From positions 248,001 to 312,000 of the forward strand of contig JBLWGC010000208.1 in the NCBI GenBank assembly GCA_048772705.1: a DNA stretch of 64,000 nucleotides, in the 5' to 3' direction. The DNA comes from Leidyana gryllorum EB-2025a (lineage: Eukaryota; Protista; Apicomplexa). The notes beneath the pieces are model-generated. The model did not search any database. It had not been told where the DNA came from and saw only the letters and a program-made list of their open reading frames with translations. The translations under genes were made by a program, and so were the position numbers. This document shows, piece after piece, positions 24,222 to 34,403 of this stretch (positions are counted from its first letter, which is position 1; every line of letters begins with the position of its first letter).

Positions 24222-25652
24222 CTAAAGTCTCGTGGCCTGATGTCGAGCGCTGATCAAAACGATTGGATTCGAATCCAACACCACCACCACTCCACTCTCC
24301 TCCACTTCGCAGTCGTCAGTACAACAACCATCTCTCAGCCAGTTTGAGACTTCTGCTTTGGAGGGCTGCGGTCTACGATCTGGTGCTCGCCCAGGAGCAC
24401 CCCTTGCGTTCAGGATGTCGAGTCTAAACGATCCCGCTGCTTCACGAGTGGAACTCACAAACGCCGCCCCCCAGTCTCTCATCACCACCTGCGCGGCCAC
24501 ATCGGGATTCCCTTCATGCCAGGTTCTCGGGAAGGCCAGGTACACTTTACCAATCTGACGTGGCTCGATGATGGAACCTGTCAGCAGCCAAAGCAAGTCC
24601 GCCACTTCAACGTTCCAAGGCGAATAGCAATCCCATTGAGTGGCCCACGTGGACTTCCTTTCCGTATTGAAGACCCGAACCATTGGGACGGAATAGCAGA
24701 AGCGGCCAGAGAAAGGTTCAGCATCCAACAGTACTGCTGTCTTGGAGATTGCATCGTACCAAACAATGTGTGCAGGCGGACGCTCCTCTGGAATCACTCG
24801 TACCTCCTCGGGCGTTTGCGACTCGGCAGCTGCAGAGACCGATTGCCATTCGATTCCCGTCTCCGAGTTGACGTCGGCAACGGAAACTCGTTCAATGGCC
24901 GTCTGCGGGTTGAGAGCTGCAAGTGTGACCCTTTCGATCACCGACTGCGGATTGGGAGCGACTGCCTCCCATTCAGTTGCCGTCTCCGAGTTGACAGCTA
25001 CAGCTGATACCCATTGCACAGCTGCTTCGAGCTGCGAGAGTCTCGCATTCACACCCGCCATCCCGTCCACAGTCGGCTCAACTCGGCCTGGCAAGCTGTT
25101 CCCCGCATCGGAGTCTGTGATCGCAAGCACACGAGCCGAAGCTTGGCCATCCTCCGGTAGCGAAGAGCTTCTATCACCTTCGAACCGATCAATACTATTT
25201 TCGCTCAACTGTGCATCACCTCCAGACTGACTTTCACCTGTTGAGCGCCCCGAACCGGTTTTCGGGGGAGTTCTGATCACCGCAATAACTTCGTCTCGTG
25301 CCGATCCTTTGGGAGTACGATAGAATAGGACTTGTGGGGAGCGTGGTGAGAATTTATGGTCATTCATGTGGGAGGATAGGCCGTCTATCACCAAAGACCG
25401 ATAGGCTCTGTGCATGGTCGGGTAGTGCATATCGAGGGTCGCGACCATATCTTGGACCGTGGCGTCATCAAGTATCGGAAGTGCTTCTGTTGGGCCACAA
25501 TCCCGTGTTATGTGGATGCTGGGGAATTCCTCCGTACGCGGCCACCATGAGAGACACCACGGAGCCGAGGCCACGTGACCGAAGAAAGTCAAAGTTTGTG
25601 GGTGGCCTCTTCGTCGAGACTTTGGTGTGGAGGGGTATAGAATACTTCTCAT
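24222..25652 (-). CDS. Hypothetical protein (476 aa) with a short internal repeat
   Basis: Uninterrupted ORF containing the repeats VNSETATEW/VNSETGIEW and NPQSVIERV/NPQTAIERV. Confidence 0.6.
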   Translation of the reverse strand: MRSILYPSTPKSRRRGHPQTLTFFGHVASAPWCLSWWPRTEEFPSIHITRDCGPTEALPILDDATVQDMVATLDMHYPTMHRAYRSLVIDGLSSHMNDHKFSPRSPQVLFYRTPKGSARDEVIAVIRTPPKTGSGRSTGESQSGGDAQLSENSIDRFEGDRSSSLPEDGQASARVLAITDSDAGNSLPGRVEPTVDGMAGVNARLSQLEAAVQWVSAVAVNSETATEWEAVAPNPQSVIERVTLAALNPQTAIERVSVADVNSETGIEWQSVSAAAESQTPEEVRVIPEERPPAHIVWYDAISKTAVLLDAEPFSGRFCYSVPMVRVFNTERKSTWATQWDCYSPWNVEVADLLWLLTGSIIEPRQIGKVYLAFPRTWHEGNPDVAAQVVMRDWGAAFVSSTREAAGSFRLDILNARGAPGRAPDRRPQPSKAEVSNWLRDGCCTDDCEVEESGVVVVLDSNPIVLISARHQATRL

Positions 25653-25988
25653 CTAACATGGACTCAGCAGCGCCCAAAATGTGTGGTCAACAGCAATGGC
25701 AATAGTACTGAGAAAATCTTGTGAGAAACTCAATGCCACCTGTAAGTGATCCAAATTTCGGCTAATTGCGTTCATGGAAACAGTGCATCAAATTCGCATG
25801 TCTCCCGGCCGCGCCCTCGAGCACACACACTCGTTCGTCTGTTGGTTCACTGAATACTGAGTCCACACGAGTGTGAAAGCAGTGCGATTAGTACCTTCCT
25901 CTTCTATGGAACATTCCAAATCAGCTGTTGATCGGCAACAGTAGCACGAAATTTGGACAAATTACGAACGGTTCAGTGCCCTGCCCAT

Positions 25989-28094
25989 ATGGACAATTTG
26001 ATTGACCAGCCATTGCTCGCCGCAACAGAGACGCAGGGATGGCTGAAGGTTCAAGAGAGCGTCCCCTTCTCTTTTGAGTATGTGCGAGACCAGACGAAGA
26101 TCTCGTGTGAAGGGCAGCGCGTGGTGGCCATCGAGGGCGAGCCAATTTTCTCTTTCGACATCCGGCACGGGTTCCGGTGGGTCGGGGATGAGAGTGTCGA
26201 CGCCTCCATCCTCGAGGACATCCAGAGGCTGCAGTGGCGAAAACATTTAGTCACTGGAGGCGTATTACTCCGGCTGGAGGGCGCCGCTGGGGCTCGGATC
26301 AGCTGCCGGCGGCTGGGTGAGATGAGCAGATACCTCAAAGAGCAACATGAAATGGTCGTGTCACTCGAGATGTTGGCCGATGGTTACGATTTCAGCGAGG
26401 CAGTGGTCTTTGTCCTTCCCGTGGAGCTACGGGCTCGCGGCTCCGACCCGCTAGAGATTATAGCCGCGATCAAGGCGGACGCTGGACTGCACATCGAAAC
26501 CGAACACAGTGATATGATGGTCCGGGCACCGATTATTTCGGAAGGGGGAGCGATCACTTTGGAGAGCGGTCACTTAATCCGGAACAGCAGCCGCATTTCA
26601 GCCTCGAGGGTTCACATTCGGGTGCCAAAGTTTGTCAACGAGGCATCGGTGACACGACACGTCAAAGTGGAGGCAGTGGGCATAGATGGGTTTTCAGCAG
26701 CAGACTCTTCCTCCTCTTCGTACCTTCGAATTGAGGCTCTGGAAGTACAAAACTATTCCTTGTTGAAGTGCACAGGCGACATGTGGATTGGCAGCAGTTG
26801 GACTTCCACTGACTTCTCGGCGGGAGAGGGACTTTCACGGGCTCGTTTGATCAACAGCGGAGCCATAGATTGTGGTCAAAATCTGGTTTTGGGGGTGGGA
26901 GAGATACAGCAGGTACAGCGATTGGATACAGCAAAGTGGAGGGGTTCCTGGGGTAGAGTTTCGGGGATAAGCGTGGATCACATGGCGCTCGCCGATCTGC
27001 CAGTGGTATCTTCAGTCTGCCCGATAGGAGCAGATTTGAGGAAGGCGCTCCAACTTGAGACCTTCGTGCGGTTCCATTCGTCGGTCAGCAACCCGATGAA
27101 ATGGTATCGAATCAGAGATGAGGTCCACCAACTCAAAGGCGATTTCGCCAAGCTGGTTCGGTTGCAGCGTGTGCCGCTCCAGCTCGAAATCAGTGAACGG
27201 AACGTCACGCGGAGAGAGTTTAACCAGAAGCTCGAGAGGCGAGAGATAACGGCAGCGCCGCAGTACTATGACATCGTGGAGCCGATGCTCGAAAACCTCA
27301 GCATCAGTGATGGGACTGGGGAGGACGAGATTGGACTGATAGCGAGGACAAAGACCAATGAGTATCTCTGGGCACCCATGAGACTCTGTAGATTTGTACC
27401 GGCCCGCTACATGCGGTGCTGTGGGAAGAGGAAGTGTTATCGCCTTAAGCCCTATGAGGAACTTGATGATTGCGACAGAGAACAGGTGGAGGAAATATTG
27501 TACGAAGAAAACTATGAGTGGCGGGACTACTACCACTTCGCCCCGGCGATACGGTCCTTAGCAGCGGTCGAAGATTACTGTCATCCCCAACCGTCCATCA
27601 GTGTTAAGGGTGCCATCTTTGACGTCTTTAAGGCGAGGAGACTGGAGTGCATTGGGGTCCCCGTACATGTTCACATTAAGACGGGATGGAAAAAGTCGAG
27701 TTGTCGCCATTATCCTCGGAGGCCGGAGGAGGTGGTCGAGAGCATTTCTGAAGTATGGTGGTACCTTTTTCTCCTCCTTTGCTGGCTGAACAGCTTGAGG
27801 GGGTTGAGTGTGTGGCACTTCCTCTTCAGGTTCTTTTTTGATCCGCTCATCACCGTGCTGCTGGCCACCGTCCTCGAGAACCTCGAATACTTGCCGTATC
27901 CATTGCTGCTGGCCGTCGTCCGCGGCACCCTCAAAGAATTCCCGTATCCCTCCCGAAGGCCCAACTTTGAGAACGCACAGAGTACCGAGTACACAATTCT
28001 GCTGCCGAAAGACCTTTTGCCGACGAAAGCTCCGCTCAGCATCGAACTCGAGGACCACTTGCCGCGATGGCACGACCACGTGTGGTACTATTGA
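25989..28094 (+). CDS. Intronless membrane protein with filamentous-haemagglutinin-like repeats (paralogue A, about 700 aa)
   Basis: Motifs GGAITLESGHLIRNSSRISASRVHI, LEVQNYSLLKCTGDMWIG and LINSGAIDCGQNLVL, plus a hydrophobic C-terminal region. Colinear with the gene at 28142-31489. Confidence 0.7.
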   Translation: MDNLIDQPLLAATETQGWLKVQESVPFSFEYVRDQTKISCEGQRVVAIEGEPIFSFDIRHGFRWVGDESVDASILEDIQRLQWRKHLVTGGVLLRLEGAAGARISCRRLGEMSRYLKEQHEMVVSLEMLADGYDFSEAVVFVLPVELRARGSDPLEIIAAIKADAGLHIETEHSDMMVRAPIISEGGAITLESGHLIRNSSRISASRVHIRVPKFVNEASVTRHVKVEAVGIDGFSAADSSSSSYLRIEALEVQNYSLLKCTGDMWIGSSWTSTDFSAGEGLSRARLINSGAIDCGQNLVLGVGEIQQVQRLDTAKWRGSWGRVSGISVDHMALADLPVVSSVCPIGADLRKALQLETFVRFHSSVSNPMKWYRIRDEVHQLKGDFAKLVRLQRVPLQLEISERNVTRREFNQKLERREITAAPQYYDIVEPMLENLSISDGTGEDEIGLIARTKTNEYLWAPMRLCRFVPARYMRCCGKRKCYRLKPYEELDDCDREQVEEILYEENYEWRDYYHFAPAIRSLAAVEDYCHPQPSISVKGAIFDVFKARRLECIGVPVHVHIKTGWKKSSCRHYPRRPEEVVESISEVWWYLFLLLCWLNSLRGLSVWHFLFRFFFDPLITVLLATVLENLEYLPYPLLLAVVRGTLKEFPYPSRRPNFENAQSTEYTILLPKDLLPTKAPLSIELEDHLPRWHDHVWYY

Positions 28095-28141
28095 GAGATT
28101 ATCATTGTGTGTCTGTTGCTTCTTCTTCAAAACCAATTTCA

Positions 28142-31100
28142 TTATTTAGCGAGACCTGGACATAAAACACCCCAAAACCGCTCATGCGCATCGGTCAATT
28201 GCTGTTTGTGCGTCCAGAGACAGATCAGAGCCGTTTCTGAGCAATGCGTTGGCTCGCGGCACATCTTGAAGGAGATGGTCGCTGGCGAGTCTCTGAGTCC
28301 CAGAGACGACGCCCCTTGCGTGCACACAGCCACCAATCGCTTGAGACCCGCAAAGCACACTGAACCCGCGACAGCGTATCGGAGATATATTGTGAAGAAG
28401 GCAGAGAGAATCGTCACTCTATCGGCTGGCCGATACTGTTGGAATTGATTATTGAAGGCCGTCTCGTTCTCCCACGAGAAACTCTGGAACGGCTTCTGAA
28501 TCAGAGACACCGCTTCGGACATTTTAAATTCCGCAGTCGGGAAGCCGAATACCATTGCCGACAGCCGCTCGACCACGTGGTGTTGCATATTCGTTAGTAT
28601 CTCTCGCAGAGCCGACAGTTCATACTTGTCCAAACACGAGGGATCGAACAGGCCGACTGACGGGGGATGTCTGGCATTCGGGCCTTTCCAACACAACCTG
28701 TGACACTGTTTCAATTGTGATCCCAAAAGTTGCCTCGATAGCGGCTTTGGGAGCAAATCTCGGAGCGGGAAGTACACCTTTCCGCCTTCGACGATATGAG
28801 TCGATGTCCGGCTAGTGACTCCGAGCTCTCCTCCGTTCGGTGTGGCGCCACTCACCAACGATGCCCTCAACGGCGCTTCCAAGCGACACAAAGACATCTC
28901 TCGAGCCGAGCTGCCACGGAGCAGTGCATAAAAGAGAGAGACGTAGAATAAGAGTCCGACCAAACCGCTCAGAAGGCCCCAAGTGGCGGTTCCAGCCAGC
29001 AGGACTAAAACAGCCCCAACTACTCCGGCCCAGAACGGTCGCATAGCTGTGGGGGCAAAGTGTGAGTCGTCTCGATGAGACTCGTTTGTACTTTGCTGCT
29101 GCGGTCTGAGGTTATGGGTGCAGCCGGAGTAGAGTTTCTCAGAACAACATCGACGCAGGGGGACCCCCACTGACGAGATGTCCACCTCTTTCATTCCCGC
29201 TATGGCTATCATCTCGTGACGCCCGTGCATGAAACCCGCTTGATGGATGAGAGGGGTATATAGGTACAGATCACCGCCAGCGAATATAGTTGGCGTCTCG
29301 CTTTGCTGCAGACTCCTCCAAAGAACCTCTCGTTGAGCTTCTGTGGCTACCTCGAAATGGGGTACCTGATACCGATACTCGTGGACTGAGTACTGTGCAT
29401 ACCAAGGCGCCACTAACTGCCTCTCCAGATGCCACCACACCTCAGCTTTTGGTCGCAGCCAACGACACAGCCCCGGACATTTGTCCGCTTTGTGGAGATT
29501 ACTGAGGACTGCTGGGACCCAGAAGGTTGTTCCTGTCGAAGTCTGGCACACATAACCGACAGTGTCACGGGGCCACATGAGTAACGCAGCGACCATCTTC
29601 TCCTCTTCCCGGGCTTTACGGTATGTTGTGTACTCTTCCAGGTATTGGTGGTACTTTACATCCGAGGCGAGGCAAACGTAGGAGCGGCCGTGACTCGGGT
29701 CGCCATTGATGGTTATCCACTCCACTGCTCCGACGGCTGGGCTTTGGCACACCTCCAACTCCTCGAGACGGTAGCCTCTGCGAGGATCGACGATGGACTT
29801 TGGGAACGAGTACATAAGACCGTCCGTTTGTTGACGGAGAGATGCCGGGACCATTGTCTCCGCTTCGCCCCGCCGCAGGTCCCTCCAGGCATCGCGCCAC
29901 AAGTTGTGGTCAAAGTGAAAGTCACTCTGAAGCCTCTCATAACAATTGGTCACTTTTTGTCCATAAAGCGCAATGTCGTGGTCGCATCCAATGTAACCCG
30001 AGTTGTAGATATGAGAGCGAATCGGTGGCGCCATTCTCTCAGCGGGGGGCATTGATACTGCCGAAGGCGGGGATCCCTCGCGGGAAGGAGACGCCTCGGG
30101 AGGCGGCGGGGGCGGCACAGGATTTCCAATTGTCAGCGATCCTTGAGAGTATATCGTAGCTTCTCTGTTGATGATGAAATCTGCCACAATCTCGATGTCG
30201 ACTGCCTTTGTGTCGCACTCGTCTTTGATAAACGCGAGGATCTCCGGGCGGGGCTCTGAGCGTTCAGTTTGCTGTTGCGCCCACGTCTGCGGATTCACCG
30301 CCGAGTTCTCAACAGTGGGCGCCCGGAAGGCTATTCGTGTTGCCCGAATACTCGAGTGATTCTTAATCCCACAGGAACTCGCGATCTTAAGTGAAGGCGT
30401 AGATATCGGTGCCTTTATGACCACAGCAGACTTCTCAGACGCCAGAGTAAACTCGCAAGGCGTATCTATCGGCTGTTCCAGGACAACATCCTGATTCGTC
30501 TTGGCAACCAGACAAACCCGCAGGCCAAAGGTCAGTGGAGGGGGATTGGGGGTCTCGAAAGTATTGAAGTGATCGGAGAGGACGTGAAGCGTCGTTAAGC
30601 GATTAGAAGCGCGATGGTAAAGGAGTTTGAGGACAGTCTGCTGGAGCTGATGAAGAGGCAGTGACAACTTGGGCTTGGCCTCCAGAATCAAGTGGTGGCC
30701 GTCGGGCAATGTTGTCCATCGGACAGACGCCCAGGACTGGTAGAAATGGTCCCGTTTGACATTGTCGGAGTCGAGGAAGTATAACGCAGTGGGGCTCACA
30801 AACGAAGCAGTGAACAGCTCGCTGTACAGATCGCTATACACAGAGAAGCTATTATGAGCACCGACGAAACACTGCGCGATAGTCGCGAGGGAGAGCACAT
30901 CAACTCGAGTGGCTTTCCGCGCCGTCAGAATCACATGAGTCCGCTTTACTCCTTCTTCATCTTCTGCGGGCTCAATACAGATCGACTCGAAAGGGTTTGG
31001 GTGCCGCATACAAGTCAGGATGGTCGTCGGTAACTCAAAACGGAGACCATTTCCCCATATGATGCCGTCTGCCTCCACAGACACTCGACCCGTCACTTCT

Positions 31101-31489
31101 TTGGGTTTCGCAGCAGCAACAAGTGACGTAACCTTTGCGATCTCCGCCAGCTCCAACTGTCGCGTCCGAGGGTGAGCTCGGAGTAGCAGGTCAAAAGAAC
31201 TCAAGTCCCCCTTAAACTCCCACTCTGCGGAATTGTACCGCTTAGTGATCAACTTGAATGAGACATCTATGTTCTCCACCCATTCGGCGGCATCGCTCTC
31301 AGTCGTCGACACCTCTCTCGCCGTTATCTCCCCAGGGGTACAGTCCGTTGACTGTTTGATTGTGTCTGCTCCAGGCAGATGTTCATCGCTCTGCAGATCT
31401 TCATCGCTCTGAGTGACTTGATGGCCGCTTAGCCATGACTTACCGCGAGTGCTGAACCTATGTGTCTTCCACATCTCGTTGTCGATCAT
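28142..31489 (-). CDS. Intronless membrane protein with filamentous-haemagglutinin/CdiA-like repeats (paralogue B, about 1115 aa)
   Basis: Motifs IKNHSSIRATRIAF, FIINREATIYSQGSLTIG, IYNSGYIGCDHDIALYGQKVTN and PTIFAGGDLYL, plus a TM hairpin FWAGVVGAVLVLLAG...LLFYVSLFYALL. Confidence 0.75.
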   Translation of the reverse strand: MIDNEMWKTHRFSTRGKSWLSGHQVTQSDEDLQSDEHLPGADTIKQSTDCTPGEITAREVSTTESDAAEWVENIDVSFKLITKRYNSAEWEFKGDLSSFDLLLRAHPRTRQLELAEIAKVTSLVAAAKPKEVTGRVSVEADGIIWGNGLRFELPTTILTCMRHPNPFESICIEPAEDEEGVKRTHVILTARKATRVDVLSLATIAQCFVGAHNSFSVYSDLYSELFTASFVSPTALYFLDSDNVKRDHFYQSWASVRWTTLPDGHHLILEAKPKLSLPLHQLQQTVLKLLYHRASNRLTTLHVLSDHFNTFETPNPPPLTFGLRVCLVAKTNQDVVLEQPIDTPCEFTLASEKSAVVIKAPISTPSLKIASSCGIKNHSSIRATRIAFRAPTVENSAVNPQTWAQQQTERSEPRPEILAFIKDECDTKAVDIEIVADFIINREATIYSQGSLTIGNPVPPPPPPEASPSREGSPPSAVSMPPAERMAPPIRSHIYNSGYIGCDHDIALYGQKVTNCYERLQSDFHFDHNLWRDAWRDLRRGEAETMVPASLRQQTDGLMYSFPKSIVDPRRGYRLEELEVCQSPAVGAVEWITINGDPSHGRSYVCLASDVKYHQYLEEYTTYRKAREEEKMVAALLMWPRDTVGYVCQTSTGTTFWVPAVLSNLHKADKCPGLCRWLRPKAEVWWHLERQLVAPWYAQYSVHEYRYQVPHFEVATEAQREVLWRSLQQSETPTIFAGGDLYLYTPLIHQAGFMHGRHEMIAIAGMKEVDISSVGVPLRRCCSEKLYSGCTHNLRPQQQSTNESHRDDSHFAPTAMRPFWAGVVGAVLVLLAGTATWGLLSGLVGLLFYVSLFYALLRGSSAREMSLCRLEAPLRASLVSGATPNGGELGVTSRTSTHIVEGGKVYFPLRDLLPKPLSRQLLGSQLKQCHRLCWKGPNARHPPSVGLFDPSCLDKYELSALREILTNMQHHVVERLSAMVFGFPTAEFKMSEAVSLIQKPFQSFSWENETAFNNQFQQYRPADRVTILSAFFTIYLRYAVAGSVCFAGLKRLVAVCTQGASSLGLRDSPATISFKMCREPTHCSETALICLWTHKQQLTDAHERFWGVLCPGLAK

Positions 31490-31915
31490 CACTTCAGGGG
31501 TCAATAGTTGCGGAAAATAAAACTTGATGACGAGATTGGCCGTACTTTAAAAACTAACACTCTTAAAGCCTTCAAGCCCAAAGGCGCGCCAAACTGTCTC
31601 CAATCCCAAGATGGCAACGTAAGAACACTGATAGCCTCAACTGTGGCTGCAACTGATATATCGACGCCGAGATCCCAATAGTTGCCGTGCACACCTCCCC
31701 CCCGGCATGACATATCACACACACACACCCCCTCCCCGAACCCACGGACTCATTCTCTGTGACCCATCCACAGTGGCCTAATCGAAAGTCTCACTACACA
31801 CGTCCACCTGAGACTACAGCAACATAAATCGAATGACGGGATTGAAGTGACTTGATCGCGTTGAACAGTGGTTCTTACAATGTGTGTTGTATCTATCCCC
31901 TCGATCTGGAATTTG

Positions 31916-33499
31916 TCAGAAGAAAATGGCCACAGACAGAGACCAAATTAAGGGAGGAGTTGTGCTATCTATCGGTTTGGGTGGAAACAGTGGCGAGACA
32001 TTGGACGACTTCTTCCCACGAGTCGCCGAGCGCCTTGCAGCGATTCGCAAACTTAGGCGTCTGACTTTCTGACGCAAGCGCTCGCGGCGCCCCATCGAAC
32101 AGTCTCCTTGTGAAACGGGAAGGAGGAGAGCTTCAGCGATTGCTCGAGTGGCCGTCTCACTCGATGGAATGAGTGTGATCTCCCCCAAGGGCCCATCGAG
32201 TAGAGATCCTCCCAACCCGCAACTGAGAAGATTGATCATGTCTTTGGCGCCTTCAATGAGAACGAATTCAAGAGACCTCTCCTGGCGATAGTAACGGTAC
32301 ATTCCTTTGCCAACGATGAAAAGGAGATGGCACCCCAATACATAGGGGAAGGCTGCCGATGAGATGACAGACGCCGCCAGACACACTTCAACGCCCCCGG
32401 GAAACAGAGATAAGGTGAATTCGAGGGCAGTGACAGCTGTATGAACTGTGGCTGCCTGAATCATCCCACGCTTGAAACTCTTACTTACACTACTCCAATC
32501 GAATGTGGCGTCTCGGGTGAGAACCAGTTGCTGCTGATTCGCGCCGGGCCTCAACAAAGGACCGTTGGAGACTGATGGACTGTCGTGCACATTTCCGAGT
32601 GTTGGAGAGCGACTGTATGATATGGCCAGCGCCGCTTCCACCAAAGGGCACCCGTTCAGATCGTGGTGACCTCCACCGCTGGAAGGTATCTCTTGGCCCC
32701 GGTCTCCGCTGCCTACACTCGAGTTCTTGGAACTCGGCATTCTGACCCTCTCGAACCACTTTTGTGGCGTCGTTCGCGACGTCACAGTGTCGTCTGTCAG
32801 GACGCAGAGCTCCGACTTTTCGGATGGGCAGTGAGTAACTGTGTGGCCGGGCGGTCTGGCATCCACCGAACTGACGCGACCACCAGCGAGGAGTGACCTG
32901 TGTCGACATTGATCGACGGCACTCTTGAGCCTTCCAGCGCCACTCGATCGGCACTTTCGTCGCCTGTGGCCCCTCGAGTTCGATATACTCCCCGCCGACT
33001 CGTCGTCAAATGAGAGTACTATAGTTTCTAAGCAGAGGGAGAGTTGGATCCTCGGGCTTTCTAACGCCTTTATCCGGAAACGCCGAGTGGGAGGAGAGAG
33101 CATTGCCAGCGGCGTTTCACCGTCGCTCGGAGAGGAGATGCATTGGGCTCGAAGTGCAACTGGAGAGGTGGGCCGAAGTATTGGTCTTCTGTCCTGGTAG
33201 GCTAAGAGGGCATCGTTGTCAATGTGTGAGTTGGAGGGGGTATGGGATGGCGTGGGTTCGTTGAAACAGTGAATAATAACGGAGAGACGGTCGTCGAACA
33301 GACGGTCAGCGTAAGCGAGTGATCCCTGGGGTGGCCAGGGAGTGTGGATTCGCACAGAAGTAGACTTGGTGGGTGTTCTGGTATCGTCGGTCGCATAGAG
33401 TTTGGGTTTGGAATGAGACAGCTCAGCCGCCGCCTGTAATATGGGGTGGCGGGAGTTGTGCGGCCGTGATGAATGGATTGATGATCGAGTAGGCACCAT
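31916..33499 (-). CDS. Hypothetical protein (527 aa) with a disordered N-terminus and hydrophobic C-terminal helices
   Basis: Long uninterrupted ORF with hydrophobic segments such as VCLAASVISSAAFPYVLGCHLLFIVG. Confidence 0.55.
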   Translation of the reverse strand: MVPTRSSIHSSRPHNSRHPILQAAAELSHSKPKLYATDDTRTPTKSTSVRIHTPWPPQGSLAYADRLFDDRLSVIIHCFNEPTPSHTPSNSHIDNDALLAYQDRRPILRPTSPVALRAQCISSPSDGETPLAMLSPPTRRFRIKALESPRIQLSLCLETIVLSFDDESAGSISNSRGHRRRKCRSSGAGRLKSAVDQCRHRSLLAGGRVSSVDARPPGHTVTHCPSEKSELCVLTDDTVTSRTTPQKWFERVRMPSSKNSSVGSGDRGQEIPSSGGGHHDLNGCPLVEAALAISYSRSPTLGNVHDSPSVSNGPLLRPGANQQQLVLTRDATFDWSSVSKSFKRGMIQAATVHTAVTALEFTLSLFPGGVEVCLAASVISSAAFPYVLGCHLLFIVGKGMYRYYRQERSLEFVLIEGAKDMINLLSCGLGGSLLDGPLGEITLIPSSETATRAIAEALLLPVSQGDCSMGRRERLRQKVRRLSLRIAARRSATRGKKSSNVSPLFPPKPIDSTTPPLIWSLSVAIFF

Positions 33500-33620
33500 T
33501 GTTGAAAAAAGTGTATTTCACGCGATCTGTGGAGTGGATCTACCGGAGTTGGGTACCAATTCCTCTTCCTTTTGGGGCACACTGGTGTTGATTAGGGGGA
33601 AAGAATTGTATAAACTACAT

Positions 33621-34307
33621 TCAGCACAGGCTACTGAGAAGGCGGGACTTGGCTTGGACAAACTCGACTTCAGACAGATATCCAGATTGGTAAAGATTCA
33701 CGACCTTCTCGAGTTGTGTGGCAATGTCACCCCGCAGCGATGTACCAGTCGCAGCAGACCAGGCAGTGGGGTCATTCTCATCCCCAATGAAGGATCTGCG
33801 CGGTGTATTGCGATCATAGCAGAAATCGGCAGCGTGTGGTCGTTCGGCAGCGCCAGAGACAGGTTGCGGAGTGGACGCTACTGTGGCTGGTGTATGCTGT
33901 GTAGTCGGTGAGGTGGAGTTGAGTGCTGGGCTTCTTGGCAGATGTGTGTGACTGTTATTAGCGCTCTTGTTATTAGGTAAGCGATAATTGCGGAGTTGAT
34001 CGCAGTTAGCGCACGAAGGCGAGCAGGGCACGATGAAATCGACATTCCATTCACTCGAAATAGTGATCGAGGGCGAAGACGCCTCTGCACTTGTAGCTGG
34101 TAAACTTAGGACTCGTTTGTCAAGGAGCTTTTGGCTCAACTCGGATTGGCGGACAAAGAATCGCAGTCGGCAAATTGAACTGACGCCTTTGTCTCTATGG
34201 GAGGTCTCCAGAAAAGCCCGGATAAGCTGCCCAATAGTGACTTCACGGTCCAGCTCCAAGGACCATACTCTATTATTAATATCAGGATCTTTGACTAGAA
34301 AGCGCAT
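33621..34307 (-). CDS. Protein with a ubiquitin-like N-terminus and a C-terminal SHOCT domain
   Basis: MRFLVKD...SLELDREVTIGQL...LRFFVRQSEL fits a beta-grasp pattern. DIATQLEKVVNLYQSGYLSEVEFVQAKSRLL fits the SHOCT pattern. Confidence 0.65.
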   Translation of the reverse strand: MRFLVKDPDINNRVWSLELDREVTIGQLIRAFLETSHRDKGVSSICRLRFFVRQSELSQKLLDKRVLSLPATSAEASSPSITISSEWNVDFIVPCSPSCANCDQLRNYRLPNNKSANNSHTHLPRSPALNSTSPTTQHTPATVASTPQPVSGAAERPHAADFCYDRNTPRRSFIGDENDPTAWSAATGTSLRGDIATQLEKVVNLYQSGYLSEVEFVQAKSRLLSSLC

Positions 34308-34403
34308 ACTGTTGTTCGACTGGCAGTGAAATTGACACCTCCTGCTTCCATAATGCACACACCAACCCTCAAAAAGACACCCCAATAAAACTCTCAGCCA
34401 CCC

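Noticed and set aside
19960-31489. Bacterial contamination or a prophage/integrated element
   Set aside because: There is no operon structure, integrase or terminal repeat. The genes are tightly interleaved with spliced eukaryotic genes and host-type microsatellites. Read-level confirmation is still needed.
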